A stretch of DNA of 64,000 nucleotides from Mobula hypostoma (taxonomy: Eukaryota): assembly GCF_963921235.1 (NCBI RefSeq), contig NC_086107.1, positions 106,270,001 to 106,334,000 of the forward strand, read 5' to 3'. Of this stretch, positions 52,070 to 64,000 are shown piece after piece; position 1 is the first letter of the stretch; each line of letters starts with the position of its first letter. Position numbers and translations under genes: made by a program. The notes below the pieces were generated by a model. The model did no database searches. It saw nothing but the letters and a program-made list of their open reading frames with translations, and was not told where the DNA came from.

Positions 52070-52582
52070 TCTGATAGGAGAGAAGAGAGAATCATACGAG
52101 AAAGGGAAGGGGGGGACCCACGGAGAGGTGATAGGCAAATGAGAAGAGATAAGGGGGGCAGAGTGGGGAATAGAAGAGGGAAGGGAGAGGATATTCTTTA
52201 CCGGAAGGAGAAATCGATTTTCACGCCATCAGGTTGGAGGCTACCTAGACAGATTGAGGATGGCCTCATCGTGGCACAAGAGGAGGCCATGGGCCGACAG
52301 GTCAGAACGGGAATGGGAACCGGAATTAAAATGTTTGGCCACTGGGAAGTTTTGCTTTTGGCGAATGGAGAGGAGGTGCTCAACGAAGCAGCCCCACAAC
52401 TTACAACGAATCTCACCGATGTAGAGGAGGCCGCATTGGGAGCACCCAACACAACCGACGACCGCAGCAGATTCGCAGATGAGGTGTTGCCTCAGCTGGA
52501 AGAACTGTTTAGGTCCCTGAATGGGAGGAGGAGGTGAATGGGCAGGTGTAGCACTTTGGCCACTTGCAAGGATAAGTGCCAG
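52070..52582 (-). mobile_element. Penelope-like element fragment encoding a degenerate GIY-YIG endonuclease
   Basis: IQGPKQFFQLRQHLICES..V.C..CSQCGLLYIGE.R..L..F.EHL.SI...PVAKHFNS..H, then LGSLQPDG..IDFS and a pyrimidine-rich 3' UTR. Confidence 0.88.
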
Positions 52583-54989
52583 GAAGGAATTAGTGGGGTT
52601 CCATAAACTGGGAGGTTTGAATTCCATAAGACATAGGAGTGGAATTAGATCATTCAATTCACTGACTCCACTCGCTCAAAAAGGCAGAGAGACTGACAGA
52701 GGAGTGGGGTATCTGGAGGTTGGATACAGCTATTCAGAGACAGGGAGGATAGATGAGGGAGTGATAAGAGGGAAAAAATGTTCTCACTGGGAACCAGAAA
52801 ACGCAGATCGAAGAGTTAAAGATAGCAGGGGGAAACAAGATTGGTGTTACTCTGGGGATTACCGTGATCAGAAAGGTGATGTGTGAGGGGGAGTGGGAAA
52901 AAAAAATCAAAGGGGACTATTCCAGTGGAACTAGTACATGCCCAGAAGGCTGAATGACATTCACGTACTTTTACGATCTTTTCTTGGCATCTTGCACATT
53001 TTCCCCAAATTTGGAAACATTCCTTCCTGGTTTAATGCATCAGCTCTCTGGCAGGGCTCCGTTCCCCTTCCCTGGGCCCCAGCAGCCTCATCTGGGTTTG
53101 TCAGAAGAGACAGCCAACTCTCAGAGGCACATCTCCTGAGAAGGGTCAACTGCACCAACCGAGAATAATGTCACTCACTGCAAGCATGTTTTCCACTGAG
53201 TCTTTCACAGCACACGGGCAGGAGTAGCAGCTCTTGGCCAGCTGTGCTTGCTCATGTCTTCAGAGCAGGGTAGTTGCTCAGAATCTGGAGTTACCTTCAG
53301 GCCAGAGAGGGGCAGGGGCACCAGGTTTACGTTTCCTCCCCTGAAGGACATTAAGGAACCCAGTGGATATTTAGGACCACTGGGTAGTTTTCATTATTTT
53401 TAATATTTAGAAATATCACAACCTTGTTGTAGGGTTTAGAGTCTTGCGTGCCTCAATGACCCGGAGAGCGATGTTGGCTGGAGTCAGGGCTTTGTGCTTT
53501 GGCTCTTGGTAGGGTCACCCATGCCAAACAAGTTGTAGGGTAGAAACCAGACTAAGTGGTCCACCAATCCTCTAGGTTCAGGGGTTCAGCTCAGGGCTAA
53601 CTACCCTGGCTGGTTAAAACAAAACTGTTATGGAGACAGCAATGAAGAATCCTTCTATACAGAGATGGAGGACCTTCATTGCTGCCTTAAACGCCAGCGG
53701 CTTAACAGGCAGTGAATAAGGGTTACAATATGGTACAGGATATGCTGGCCCAATGAGTCCGCTCCACCTATGTACCACCAAACAACTTAATCGCTCTTTG
53801 GAACGTGGGATGAAACCAGAGCACCTGGAGGAAACCCAAGTGGTCATGGAGAGAATGTACAAACTCCAGATGACAGCGGGAATTAAACCCGGGTCGCTGG
53901 CACTGGAATAGCGTTACTCTAACCGCTACGGTACAGTGCTGCCCCCAACACCACGCCTTTGCATCAGCTTGTTAATTCCAGGATTGTACAGTTAAATTTA
54001 GATTCCCCAATTGCTGTGACGGGATTTTAACTTGCACATTCAGGTCTGAGAGCCCAGTTTCAGCAGGGCTCCGGGTCAGGGCTACCCAGGAAGGCTTCTG
54101 GGTTACTAATGTTAGGATACAAGTCTACTGTCATGGATGGATCTGGAGGTGGGGGGGGGGGGTGGTCAAGACTCCAGCCTGGAATTTCAGCCAACCCTGT
54201 AGCAAGTCCATGAGCAGGTGCAGTTCCCAACATTGCACTGACCTTCAATTCTCCTCCTTCATAGATCTCTACAGTACAGCCCATGATGCTGTGCTGACCT
54301 TTTAGCCTACTCCAAGATCAATCTGACCTAGTCCTCCATTTTCCCTTCATCCATGTGCCTAAGAGTCTCTTAAATCTACCTACTGTATGTGTCTACCATC
54401 CCTAGCAGTGTGTTCAAATCCAAGAGCAGGGCCGTGAGCAAGAAGTCAAATCCGCCAACTTTGTTCCATGATTATTATTTGCCACGTACAATTCCCATCG
54501 GAATATTCCTCTTTTGGAGTGTCCACTTTGTGTCTGTTTCCATTATTCTCTCGCTGACCCTTCCAGATCATGGTAATAAGACCCTCGATCTTCCCCCAAT
54601 TCCTTTACTTCAATCCGTGTCTCCGGCTGGACGGTGGCAATCCCTAGAAATCTTCCCCCGAAGAAACAAGGATCAAAGGGAATTTGAGATTGCAAAGCTT
54701 CTGAGAGAGTGAACTGGGGGCCATGGGACAGAGTAGTCACAACCTGACTGAATCGCAGAGATGAATTCAGTGGCAGCACGGCCTGCTGTACAGCAAGGTC
54801 CTGTGAATCGCGTCAGGATGACCTGATGAGATGGGGTGTTGGACACAGTGTGGGCGTAGGCCGAAGCACCACAGAAATCCCATGTCCTAGCTCCACCTTC
54901 AACCTAACTTTCTAGTCTTTATCTTTACCCTCCAACACCCAAAATAATTCTGCAAATGATGGGGACCCCAGAGGCACAAGGGTATCGTG

Positions 54990-55505
54990 AGCAAATTTTC
55001 AGCCCCTTATCTAAGAAAGGACGTGCTGGCATTGGACAGCGCCCAGGGGAGGGTCACGAGAATGATCCTGGGAAGGAAAGGGTTAACGTATGAGGAACAA
55101 TTGATGGCTCTGGGCCTGTACTCGCTGGAGTTTGGGGTGTGGGGGGGGGGGAATCTCACCAAAACCTGTTGAATATTGAAATGATAAGAGCGAATGTGGA
55201 GAGGATGTCTCCTATAGTGGGTGAGTTCAGAACCAGAGGGCACAGCCTCAGAATACAAGGACGTCCCTTTAGAACAGAGATAAGGAAGAACTTCCGTAGC
55301 CAGGGGGTGGTGAATCTGTGGAATTCATTGCCACAAATGGCCTTGGAGGCCAAGTCATTGGGTATATTTAAAGCAGAGGTTGATAGGTTCTTGATTAGTC
55401 AGGGTGTCAAAGGTTATATAGGGAGAAGGCAGGAGAACGGGGTTGAGAGGGATAGGAAGTCAGTAGAGCAGACTCAACTGGCTGAACCCTGTTCCTATGT
55501 CTTAT
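54990..55505 (+). mobile_element. CR1 3' fragment (others at about 45185-45670 minus, 45840-46380 minus, 51500-51940 plus)
   Basis: APYLRKDVLAL...RTRGHSLRIQGRPFRTE.RKNF..Q.VVNLWNSLP. Confidence 0.82.
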
Positions 55506-55838
55506 GGGTGGGGTTGGGCAATGTGCCAGTATAACAGGACTTTGGAGTAGAGATGAGGGGGCAAGGAAGTCCTGATGGGAGGATGGAGCGAAGCAGCCGT
55601 GGGGCTGGAAGTCGAGGGGGCACCAAGAGCGAAATGGAAAGCCCGATGGATACCAAGTGAGGAAGAGGCATCCAGGTGTTTCATGACCTTACGCACACGC
55701 TTGCAGCAGCTAATGGCGGGAGAGGAATACTGCTCCCTCCGTGCAAAGTCTGTCTGGAGTACGCGGAACCTCAAAGCCCTGGCAGCCTGTGAACAGGCCA
55801 CCGGCCAGATGTGCCAGGCAACACCCAGGCATTTACCT

Positions 55839-55844
55839 TTTATT
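55839..55844 (-). terminator. Candidate CBX7 polyadenylation signal AATAAA
   Basis: Minus strand GTGTAAATACTTTGTAAATAAAAGG, with upstream TGTA motifs, ~1.9 kb past the CBX7 stop. Confidence 0.6.
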
Positions 55845-57740
55845 TACAAAGTATTTACACTGCAGTGCTACAAAAATATACCATTGGCGGTCCGAAATCC
55901 AAACCGAACCACATTCAGCGTCTTCATACAACTCTGTGCAAAAGTTCCAGACAATCTCAAGTGCAAATAATCTTCAGGCAGGAAGGACAGGGAGCATGAG
56001 GGGTGGGGGGGGGGGTCAAAGCCAGTGCCTGAAGCAGAGGATTGAGTTTTAATGCTGGATCAGTGACGGGAGTCTATCCCTGGGGAGCATGTAACCCAAG
56101 GATGTGGTTGGAACCTACGGACATAAGACACCGGCAAAACTCTACAGCAAAGGACCTATACAACAGGTTTCCCTAAAACCACACGGTACGCACCAGGGTG
56201 GTTAGGATGTCTGAACCCCTTCCTCAGTCCTGGCCATCCCAGAGCAGCTTCCCACCGTCCCCTCTCCTGCCCAATGCACAATCGCTCCACAATTTCCTTT
56301 TGCGAAGACAACACAAAGGGAAGTCATTTTTAAAACTCAAGTGAAAGAGGAGTCTCACCTAAAGACACTCATCCCTCCTCTTCTCGCACTCGTCAAAACC
56401 CAACTCCTGCCACCCCCCTTCCCCCACAGATTTGACCTTAAACTCTAGTCCTGCATTTCCCCTGCCCACCCTAATCCCAACCCCAAACCTCCTGCCTCAC
56501 CCTTAAGACTACACACTTCACCCTTAACTTTTATTTTAACCCCCTGGCCCCATTCTCTGCCCCCACCTCAGCTCCCACCACCTTCCCACCCCCGACCCTT
56601 CCACCTCACTTTGTCCCACCCCCCCCACTTCATTCCCTGACCCTCTCACCCCTACTTAGGCCCCCAACCCTCACTTCATCCCCTGAACCTGATCCCCACT
56701 CCAGCCCCCAACCCTGGCCCCACCCCCCACTTCAGGGCCTGACCCCCCCCCCCAAGCTCTTCCTTTATCCCTATCCAAGCCCACACTTCCCTACTTTAAC
56801 CCCAGGCTAACACTCTCCACTCTAGCTCACCTTGGCAGTCAAATGCAGATGATTAAAAAACCCAGAGATATTTCAGAAATCAACAACCAACAGTTCACTC
56901 CAACACCAACATCCTGGGAGGTCTCTGTCCAGGGGTCGTGAGGTGACCCCTTCACCCTTCCCCTTCTGTTGCCATGGCGTTACAGGAAGGGACAAAAGGA
57001 CAGCAGGGAAGCGCTGGTTGCGGACTCCGAGCTAAGAGAGCCCACGCCTTCCCGCGCAGACCAGTCTCTCTGGAAGACATTGGCCAAGGTTCAGGCGTTG
57101 AGCAGCCCAGTCTGGTACTGAGGCTCACAGCCGGCCAATGGACCTGAAATCACCCCTTGGCGAACAGCCGGCCACATGGACAGCTGCAATCTCCAGTTGC
57201 TGACATGATGGGGTCAAGGATGGGCTTTATTGACCGCAAATTCATGACATCCGCCAGAAAGAACTGGCTCCCAAAACTGTCAACAAAGTTTCATGGCCAA
57301 CATGGGTCTCCTGACCTCTCTGTTCTCCAGGAGTCCAACATAGAGGGTGGGGTGCGCACACGTACATCCTGGGACCTTGCTGCGCCTCCCAAGCCACCAC
57401 GTACCACACGAACACCATCCGTTCTGCGCAAGTTCAGAAGTCTCCTTGCAAGAAGCTCAGTTCATTAGAACTCCTCTCAAAACTCCCGAGACGCCCGGTC
57501 GGAGAGCCGGAAGACAACACGTGATCGGATGCTCCGCGCCGAGGTGGGACGGGACCGGCACCCGCCAGTTGTGGACGTTAACCACGCGATTGCCACACAC
57601 ATTAAAACCACGGGGTTCATACAAATGGAACCTTCACTGTGAGGAAAATGGACGAAGTGTTTCACAGGACGGACAAAAGGCCTGGTGTTGGGTCGGGGGC
57701 GGGGAGGGGGGGTGGGGATCTCTTTTTGTTGTTGTTGAGG

Positions 57741-57910
57741 TTAGCAACTTAAGCTGCGATCCCTGAAAAATCCTTCTGCCACCAACGCTTCCCGGAAGGT
57801 CACTGTCAGGGAATTCGCTGTGACATCCGTCACCGTGACGTCACCCAACGGGATGGAGGGATGCCAGCCAGCGGGAATGGCTGAGGGGTTCCTGATGGGA
57901 GAGGCAGCCC
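57741..57910 (-). CDS. CBX7: CBX7 terminal coding exon with Pc/CBX box (not in the ORF track in this frame)
   Basis: Polypyrimidine tract and TGCAG acceptor; translates as GAASPIRNPSAIPAGWHPSIPLGDVTVTDVTANSLTVTFREALVAEGFFRDRSLSC*; the VTFREA..AEGFFRDRS ending is CBX7-type. Confidence 0.95.
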
Positions 57911-59810
57911 CTGCAGACGAAATGGAAAAGAGAAAGAGTGGGTAACCCTGTCCGCTGGGCAGAAGGACACCTCACCATTGGTACGTCCTCCTGTAGCACC
58001 ACTCCCACCATCTTCCCTTTCCCAACCACCCTCCATTCCTCATAGATCAACGAGCCCCACTCACCCCAATGACCAGACCTCCCCTGCCCCAGATTTCACA
58101 GTCACAAAGAGATATTGCACCAAAATAGGCCATTCAGCCCATCGAGTCCATGCCAACCACCGTTGAGCCTCTATTAATTCCATTTCATTTTCCTTTCAGT
58201 TTCATTGGCCACTGCTCTCTGTTGTCACTCACCCACAATCTGCCACCCACCCACACACAAGGGCCAATTTACTGTGATCAATTAACACACCCTGCAAGGA
58301 CGACCACACAATTCTGTCACAGGGTTTGAAGGCTTGCGGGCCTCAATGACCCAGACAGCCATGTTGGCTGGAGTCAGGGCTTTGTGCTTTGACTCTTGGT
58401 AGGGTCACCCATGATAAACAGGTCAAAGAGTAGAGGCCAGACTAAGAGTGGTCTACCGGTCCTCTAGGCTCAGGGGCTAACAACCCTGACTGGTCAAAAC
58501 ACAATTGTTACGGAAACAGCAATGATGAATTCTACATCTGAGTCCAACGGTGTGTCCAAGGACAGAGATGGAGGACCTTCATTGCTGCCCTAAATGCTAG
58601 TGACGTAACGGGTAGTAAGTAATTAACCTACCAACCAACTCATCTTTGGGACAGAACATAGAACATTATAGCACAGTCCAGGCCCTTCGGTCCACATTGT
58701 TGTGCTAACCTCTCAACCTAACCCTTCCCTCCGGCATAGCCTGTCCTGGCCCAAAACATTCACTGTTGATTCTCATCCATAAATGCTGTCTGATCTGCTC
58801 TGCTCCTCCGGCACATTCCTCCATTTTCCTATCATCCATGTGCCTGTCTGAGAGTTTCATGTATCTACCTTCACCATCACCCCCCGCAGCCCCCTAAACC
58901 TTACCTCAGACACCGGCCCCTCCTGCTATACTTTATCCCAATCACCTCAGAAATAAGGTGCAGATTTTACTTAATATAATTTCTGGTATCTTCTCCCTTC
59001 CTTTCCAGTCCTGAAGAAGGGTCTTGGCCCAAAACGTTGGCTGTTTATTCATTTCCATAGATGCTGCCTAGTCTGCTGAGTTCCTCCAGCATTTTGCGTG
59101 TGTCACTTTACAAATAAGCTCTCTTGTATTGGCCAGTTCTGCTCTGAGAAAACATCTCTGGCTATGCTTCATCTTGCATGCCTTGGTCACGTCACCTCTC
59201 ATTCTCCTTTCCAAAGCCTAAAGCTCCAGCTCCCTCAACCTTTCCCTGTAAGACGTACTCTCTAATCCAGGCGGCATCCTGGTAAACCTCCTCCTCACCC
59301 TCACCCCAAGGCCACACCACTAACCAGATCTCCCCTACCCCCGATTCCACAGTCATACGGAGATACAGTATAGAACTAGACCCTTCTGTTTACATGGAAA
59401 CCCAGTAGCAGGGTGGACATGCGAACATCCATGCTAACCCGAGGTCAGGATCGAACCCAGGTCTCTGCTGCTATGGGGCAATGCCTACCAGCCGTGCCAC
59501 CCACTCACCCACCCACGTGCTATCTCGGATCCACCCGTTCTCTTCTGATGTGGTCGCACCAGGAATGGGAAAGGGAAGGGCAGCGGGAGATCCACTGGGA
59601 AAAATGGGGGGATTACGCCAAGAACAAACGCGAAAAACTGCAAGAAGGGGCAGGTGAAGTGGTGTCAGGGGGACAAATACCAAAGAAGATGTTCATTGGG
59701 CCAACCGTAGAACCTTAATCACAAAATACTCCGCAGATGCTGGGGTCAAAGCAACACGCACAAGCACGCTGGAGGAACTCAGCAGGTTGGGCAGCATCCG
59801 TGGAAACAAA

Positions 59811-59847
59811 CAGTCAAAGTTTCGGGCCGAGACCCTTCGTCAGGACC
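59811..59847 (-). ncRNA. Minimal type I hammerhead ribozyme motif (best-preserved core), sense to CBX7 in its last intron
   Basis: Minus strand GGTC-CTGACGA-A-GGG(TCTCGG)CCC-GAAA-CT-TT-GACTG; both core boxes intact, but the ACGU palindrome is changed to ACUU. Confidence 0.55.
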
Positions 59848-60552
59848 TATTTTGGGAGCCGGGGCATTGGAAATTGAGGCATGGGATGGTGATTAGTGTA
59901 GTGTTTAGCATGATGCTTTAAAGAGCCAGCAACCTGGATCCAATTGCTGCCTCTCTCTGTTAGGAGATCGTACATTCTCCCCATGACTGTGCGGGGGATT
60001 CCTTCAGGCACGCCCAAATTCCAAAAAAAACGATGGATTAGGGTTAGTAAATTGTGGGCATGCTACACTGGTACCAGAAACATGCCAACGCTCGCAGGCT
60101 GCCCTCTGCACACCCTCGGATTGTGTTGGTCATTGATGCAAAGCAACATAGTTCACTGTATGTTTCGATGAACATATGACAAGCAAGACTAATTTTTTTT
60201 TTTAAGTTCCTGGGTTGAAAGGGTTGTCCTATTAGAGAAGTTGGAGCATTTGGGTTTGTATTCTTTAGATCTTAGAACAGGGGTTCCCAACCTTGGTAAG
60301 GGTCCAGAGCATTAAAGAAAGGTGGGAACCCCTAGTTCAGAAGAATGAGGGGTGGCCTTATTCAACCATACACGATCCTGAAGGGACTGCACAGGGTTGA
60401 CATCGAGATGTTTCCACTAGTGGGAAGAGTCACAAACAAGGAGACCTGGCTACAAATCAAAGGGGTGGCCATTTAAACTGAGGTGCCTGAATATTTCTCT
60501 CATTGGATGCAGACTCTCTGGAATTCTCTGCCCCTGAGGAATTTTTTTCTAA

Positions 60553-61545
60553 GTGACTGGGACGAGGAAGAGGAAGGGTGGGTTAGCAAGTTTGCAGATG
60601 ACGTGAAGGTTGGAGGAGCTGTGGATGGCGTAGAAGGCTGCCGTAGATTACAACGGGATGCAGAGCTGGGCTGAGAAGTGGAAGATGGACTTCATCCTGG
60701 AGAAGTGTGAAATGATTCACTTTGGAAGGTCGAATATGAAGGCAGAATACAGGGTTAATGGAAGGATTCTTATCAGTGTGGAGGAACAGAGGGATCCTGG
60801 AGTCCATGTTCACGTCAAAGTTGCTAGACAAGTTGACAGGGCAGTTAAGAACGTTTTTGGCGTGTTGTCTTTCGCTAGTTGGGGGTTTGAGTTCAAGAGC
60901 CATGAGGTAATGTTGCAGCTCTATAAAACCCTGGTTAGACCACACTTGGAGCATTGTGTTCAGTTCTGGTCACCTCATTACAGGAACTTTAGAGAGGCTG
61001 CAGAGGAGATTTACCAGGATCCTGCCAAGATTAAAGAGCATGTCTTATGAAGATAGGTTGAGTGAATTAGGGCTTTTCTCTTTGGAGTGAAGGAGGAGGA
61101 GAGGTGAATTGATAGAGGTAACATAACAAGAGGCTTGGGTCCAATGGATAGTCAAGAGACTTTTTCCCAGGGCATAAATGGCTAATACCAGGGGAAAAAT
61201 TTTTACCATGAGTGGAGGAAAGTATAGGGGTAATGCTAGAAGCAAGCTTTTGTTTTCACACAGAGCGCGGTGTGTGCGTGGTGTTCCCTGCCAGGAGTGG
61301 CGGTAGAGGCAGATACATCAGGGGCATTTGAGAAACTCTTATACGGGCACATGAATGATAGAAAGATGGAGGGCTATGTAGGAGGGAAGGTTAGATTGAT
61401 CTGAAGGACAAGTTAAAAGGTCAAAGTTCAAAGTACATTTATTATCGAAGTATGCATATTATATACAACCTTGAGATTTGTCTCCTTCACATAAGGTCAG
61501 CACAACATTGTGGGCCAAAGGGCCTGCGCTGTTTTGTAGTGTTCT
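60553..61545 (+). mobile_element. CR1 RT C-terminal fragment in the CBX7 intron
   Basis: VSKFADD.K, WAEKWKM.F..EKC, LYKTLVRPHLEHCVQFWSPHY. Confidence 0.85.
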
Positions 61546-62061
61546 AGCTTCTACGAGGATGGTGGATGTTAGATCATTGGATATAGTTAATGTGGTGATC
61601 AATAAATCTTTGAAAGATGGTTGAACTAAGGGTTCTGGGAGAACTGGCACAGAAGAGGAGCTGAGTCCAGCATAGATCGGCCAATGGTTTTAGGAGCTGA
61701 ATGGTCTACTCCTATATCTTTGTATTCTTTAACAGGACTCAATGCTATGGGGGGGGGGCTGTGGTGGGGTTTGTAAGGGTCATTCAACTACGATCAGGGC
61801 AAAGGGGAGTCTGCCAAGGTCTGTGCCACCAAGGTGAAGGGGCACGAAGATTCCATGGGCAAGGTGGAGCATGGGGGTGACTGAGGGACTTGCAGGGAGC
61901 TTTGAGATGGTCTCTCTCATTCCCTGGAACAGACGCTCTGAGAAAACCTCAGTTATATTGCAAGTGTGTTCCTTAGGGGCAATCAATCCCTGACAGCTAG
62001 AAGGAACTGGATAGACAGTACGAGTGGTAGGTGGAGGTGGCCTCACGGTACTCTCTCCCAC

Positions 62062-62398
62062 CTTCTGTTCTCTCCGGAATGCTTTGGGCATCCTCGTCCT
62101 CAAACTCCGAGTCCGGGAACTTGCTCCGCCCGTCCCGACCGGCGTCCTCCTCCGAGCGCTCCCTGGCGCCGTGGCTCTTGGCCAGGCTGACGGCCCGCGC
62201 CGCGCACTTGCTCTTGGCCACCTTGAAGAACTTGTGCTTCCGCGCCAGCGGGAACGGGATCCGCTTCCCGTTCTCGCCGAGCTCCAGCTGGGCCGGGCCG
62301 GACACCGAGGTGCCGTCAAAGCGCCGGGACAACGAGAGGCGAACCTTCCCCTTCTCCTTGAGCTTGCTGGCGCTCCGCAAGTCCATGCCATAGATCCG
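62062..62398 (-). CDS. CBX7: CBX7 penultimate coding exon (RIYGMDLRSASKLKEKGKVRLSLSRRF...PERTE)
   Basis: CCAG acceptor; RIYGMDLRS resembles mammalian CBX7 RLYSMDLRS; PFPLARKHKF motif; AAG|GTGGGA donor is phase 1 and joins the next exon in frame. Confidence 0.9.
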
Positions 62399-62826
62399 CT
62401 GGTGGGGGGGGGGGGACACAACGCAGGTGAGACAACACCATAGCAATCTACACCCCTCCCCAACTAACACCAAGGTAGCAGGTGAGCTATACTATTTAAA
62501 GTCCTCACCTCAAACCCTCAGGATCCCCCAAAACATCATCCCAACAATCCAATTGGAATACTGATCCCTGCGGCAGCATAGGAAATGCAGCAACCAATCA
62601 CAGAAAACCTCAACAAGCACCAGTAAGGTGCAAAGCTGCTTCTTCCAGCACCTCACTACCGCGCCCAGTGCCGACATCCGCGTGGGAACGGGTGGCTGTC
62701 AGAAAGCACGTGGCTGGGCGGGCAAGTGCTGGAAGATCAGCCAGGAACATCCAGGGTAGGAGAGGGCCAAGCAGTAGTGCACCTAGACTACACTGAGCAT
62801 GACGACGTCCGGAAGGGTGTTTGGGA

Positions 62827-63326
62827 CAGGCATGGCGAACCTATGGCACACGTGCTCAAGATGGCCATGCGCAAAAATTTTATTGACACGCGGTTCCCCC
62901 CAATTCTTTAAACCCCTCCCATAATAAAAGGATAGATAACGGTAATCTTTATTGCCAAGTAGAGAATGATTCTTTTTTTACAACCCAAGAGCAGTGGGGT
63001 CCTTTCACATTAAACGTCTTGCGCCAGCTTGGCGCCAACTCGACAGTTGCAAGAACAAGTGACATTGGATAGTTTTCGCAAACTGTCTGCACAATCAATA
63101 TTTAGATAGTAAATGTTTACAATAACAAAGCTATTTAGAAATGATGTTAATTTTCAACTGCCTTTTTAAAAGATTAATATTACTATCATTTCAACAGGTT
63201 TTCTAAAATGCTTCATTTATTTTAATCTGCTATAACTTTATTAATAGTAAAACAATGCAACTGAACTCATTCTCTTTCCTTAAAATAGTCCATAATTATT
63301 GTTACTAATTCATTAATCAATGATAA
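62827..63326 (+). mobile_element. Old hAT-like relic; homologous pieces at about 35391-35700, 36500-36620 and 37222-37345
   Basis: Terminus CAGGCATGGCGAACCTATGGCAC; shared AT-rich blocks (CAACTG.CTTTTTAAAAGATTAATATTA; CATAATTATT..TACTAATTCA.TAATCAATGA). Confidence 0.6.
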
Positions 63327-64000
63327 CACTAGACAACAAAGATTTTGCTTCCTGAATACTTCTGGTGTATTTTATGGATTTTCGGCTGCTGTTATAAAAA
63401 TCACCATGAAATTTCCCTATCACACACCATTTTTTGGAAATCACCTATATTCATAATTCACAATTCAAGTCAGAGTAACTGATGCCAAGGTTAAGGAAGG
63501 CATTTTTGCTGGTCCACAAATCAAACAGGTCATCAATGACAGACAATTTGAAGAACTTCTAGTGGGACTGGAGAAAATCACATGGAAGGCATTCAAAGAT
63601 GTTACTAAAAGTTTTCTTGGCAATTACAGAGCACCAATCTATATGCAGCTGGTGAACAACATGCTTCAAGCATACAAAACCATGAAGTGCAACATTGTCA
63701 CTGAAGATTCATTCCCATTTAGATTCTCTTCTGCATTCCCATTTAGACTTCATCCCTGCAAATCCTGGCGCTGTCAGTGACGAGCATGGGGAAAGGTTTC
63801 ACCAGAACATTGCAGTCATGGAGAAATGGTATCAGGGCAACTGGAACCCATCAATACTGGCTGATTATTGTTGGACACTTAAGCCAGAAGCCTCAGACAC
63901 TGAGTACAAATGAAAATCACCAAAAAAAACATTTTTAGCTTAGTTGAACAATTGCGAAATGTCAGCACTGTTACACCATTAAAAGCATTATATTCAATAA
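63327..64000 (+). mobile_element. Second Chapaev3-like copy, runs off the window end
   Basis: Starts CACTAGACAACAAAGATTTTGCTTCCTGAATAC, matching the 10744 terminus; same transposase motifs (SLKIH..HSHLDF.P.N.GAVSDEHGERFHQ). Confidence 0.7.

Noticed and set aside
55502..55970. Unassigned 99-131 aa ORFs next to the CBX7 poly(A) candidate
   Set aside because: No deaminase or other motif and no convincing splice structure.
61780..62463. 227-aa minus-strand and plus-strand ORFs over the CBX7 exon
   Set aside because: Alternative frames or antisense of the real exon.
1..64000. CRISPR arrays, rRNA genes or prokaryotic operons
   Set aside because: The sequence is spliced vertebrate genomic DNA; no regularly spaced repeat-spacer array or rRNA sequence was seen.

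Overview
Vertebrate genomic DNA, most likely from a cartilaginous fish (inferred from the V-SINE/HE1-like, CR1/HER1-like, Rex/Babar and Penelope repeat content). It holds two tandem Polycomb chromobox genes on the minus strand: a complete 5-exon CBX6 (CDS 34316-42956, 371 aa predicted) and the last two coding exons of CBX7 (57741-62398; upstream exons lie beyond the window end). The CBX7-CBX6 interval, which holds the APOBEC3 cluster in placental mammals, shows no recognisable deaminase here. The rest is dense with nested transposon relics. The most notable non-coding signal is a family of Penelope-derived short hairpin elements carrying minimal type I hammerhead ribozyme motifs, several flanked by their own target-site duplications. 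Also notable are a LINE-poor ~15 kb block downstream of CBX6 (possible very long 3' UTR), a Tigger4-like MITE, two Chapaev3-like relics, bipartite RTE-derived elements with four different internal junctions, and a local ~0.5 kb duplication. Repeat boundaries and identities were judged by eye; family names come from recalled consensus motifs, not database searches.
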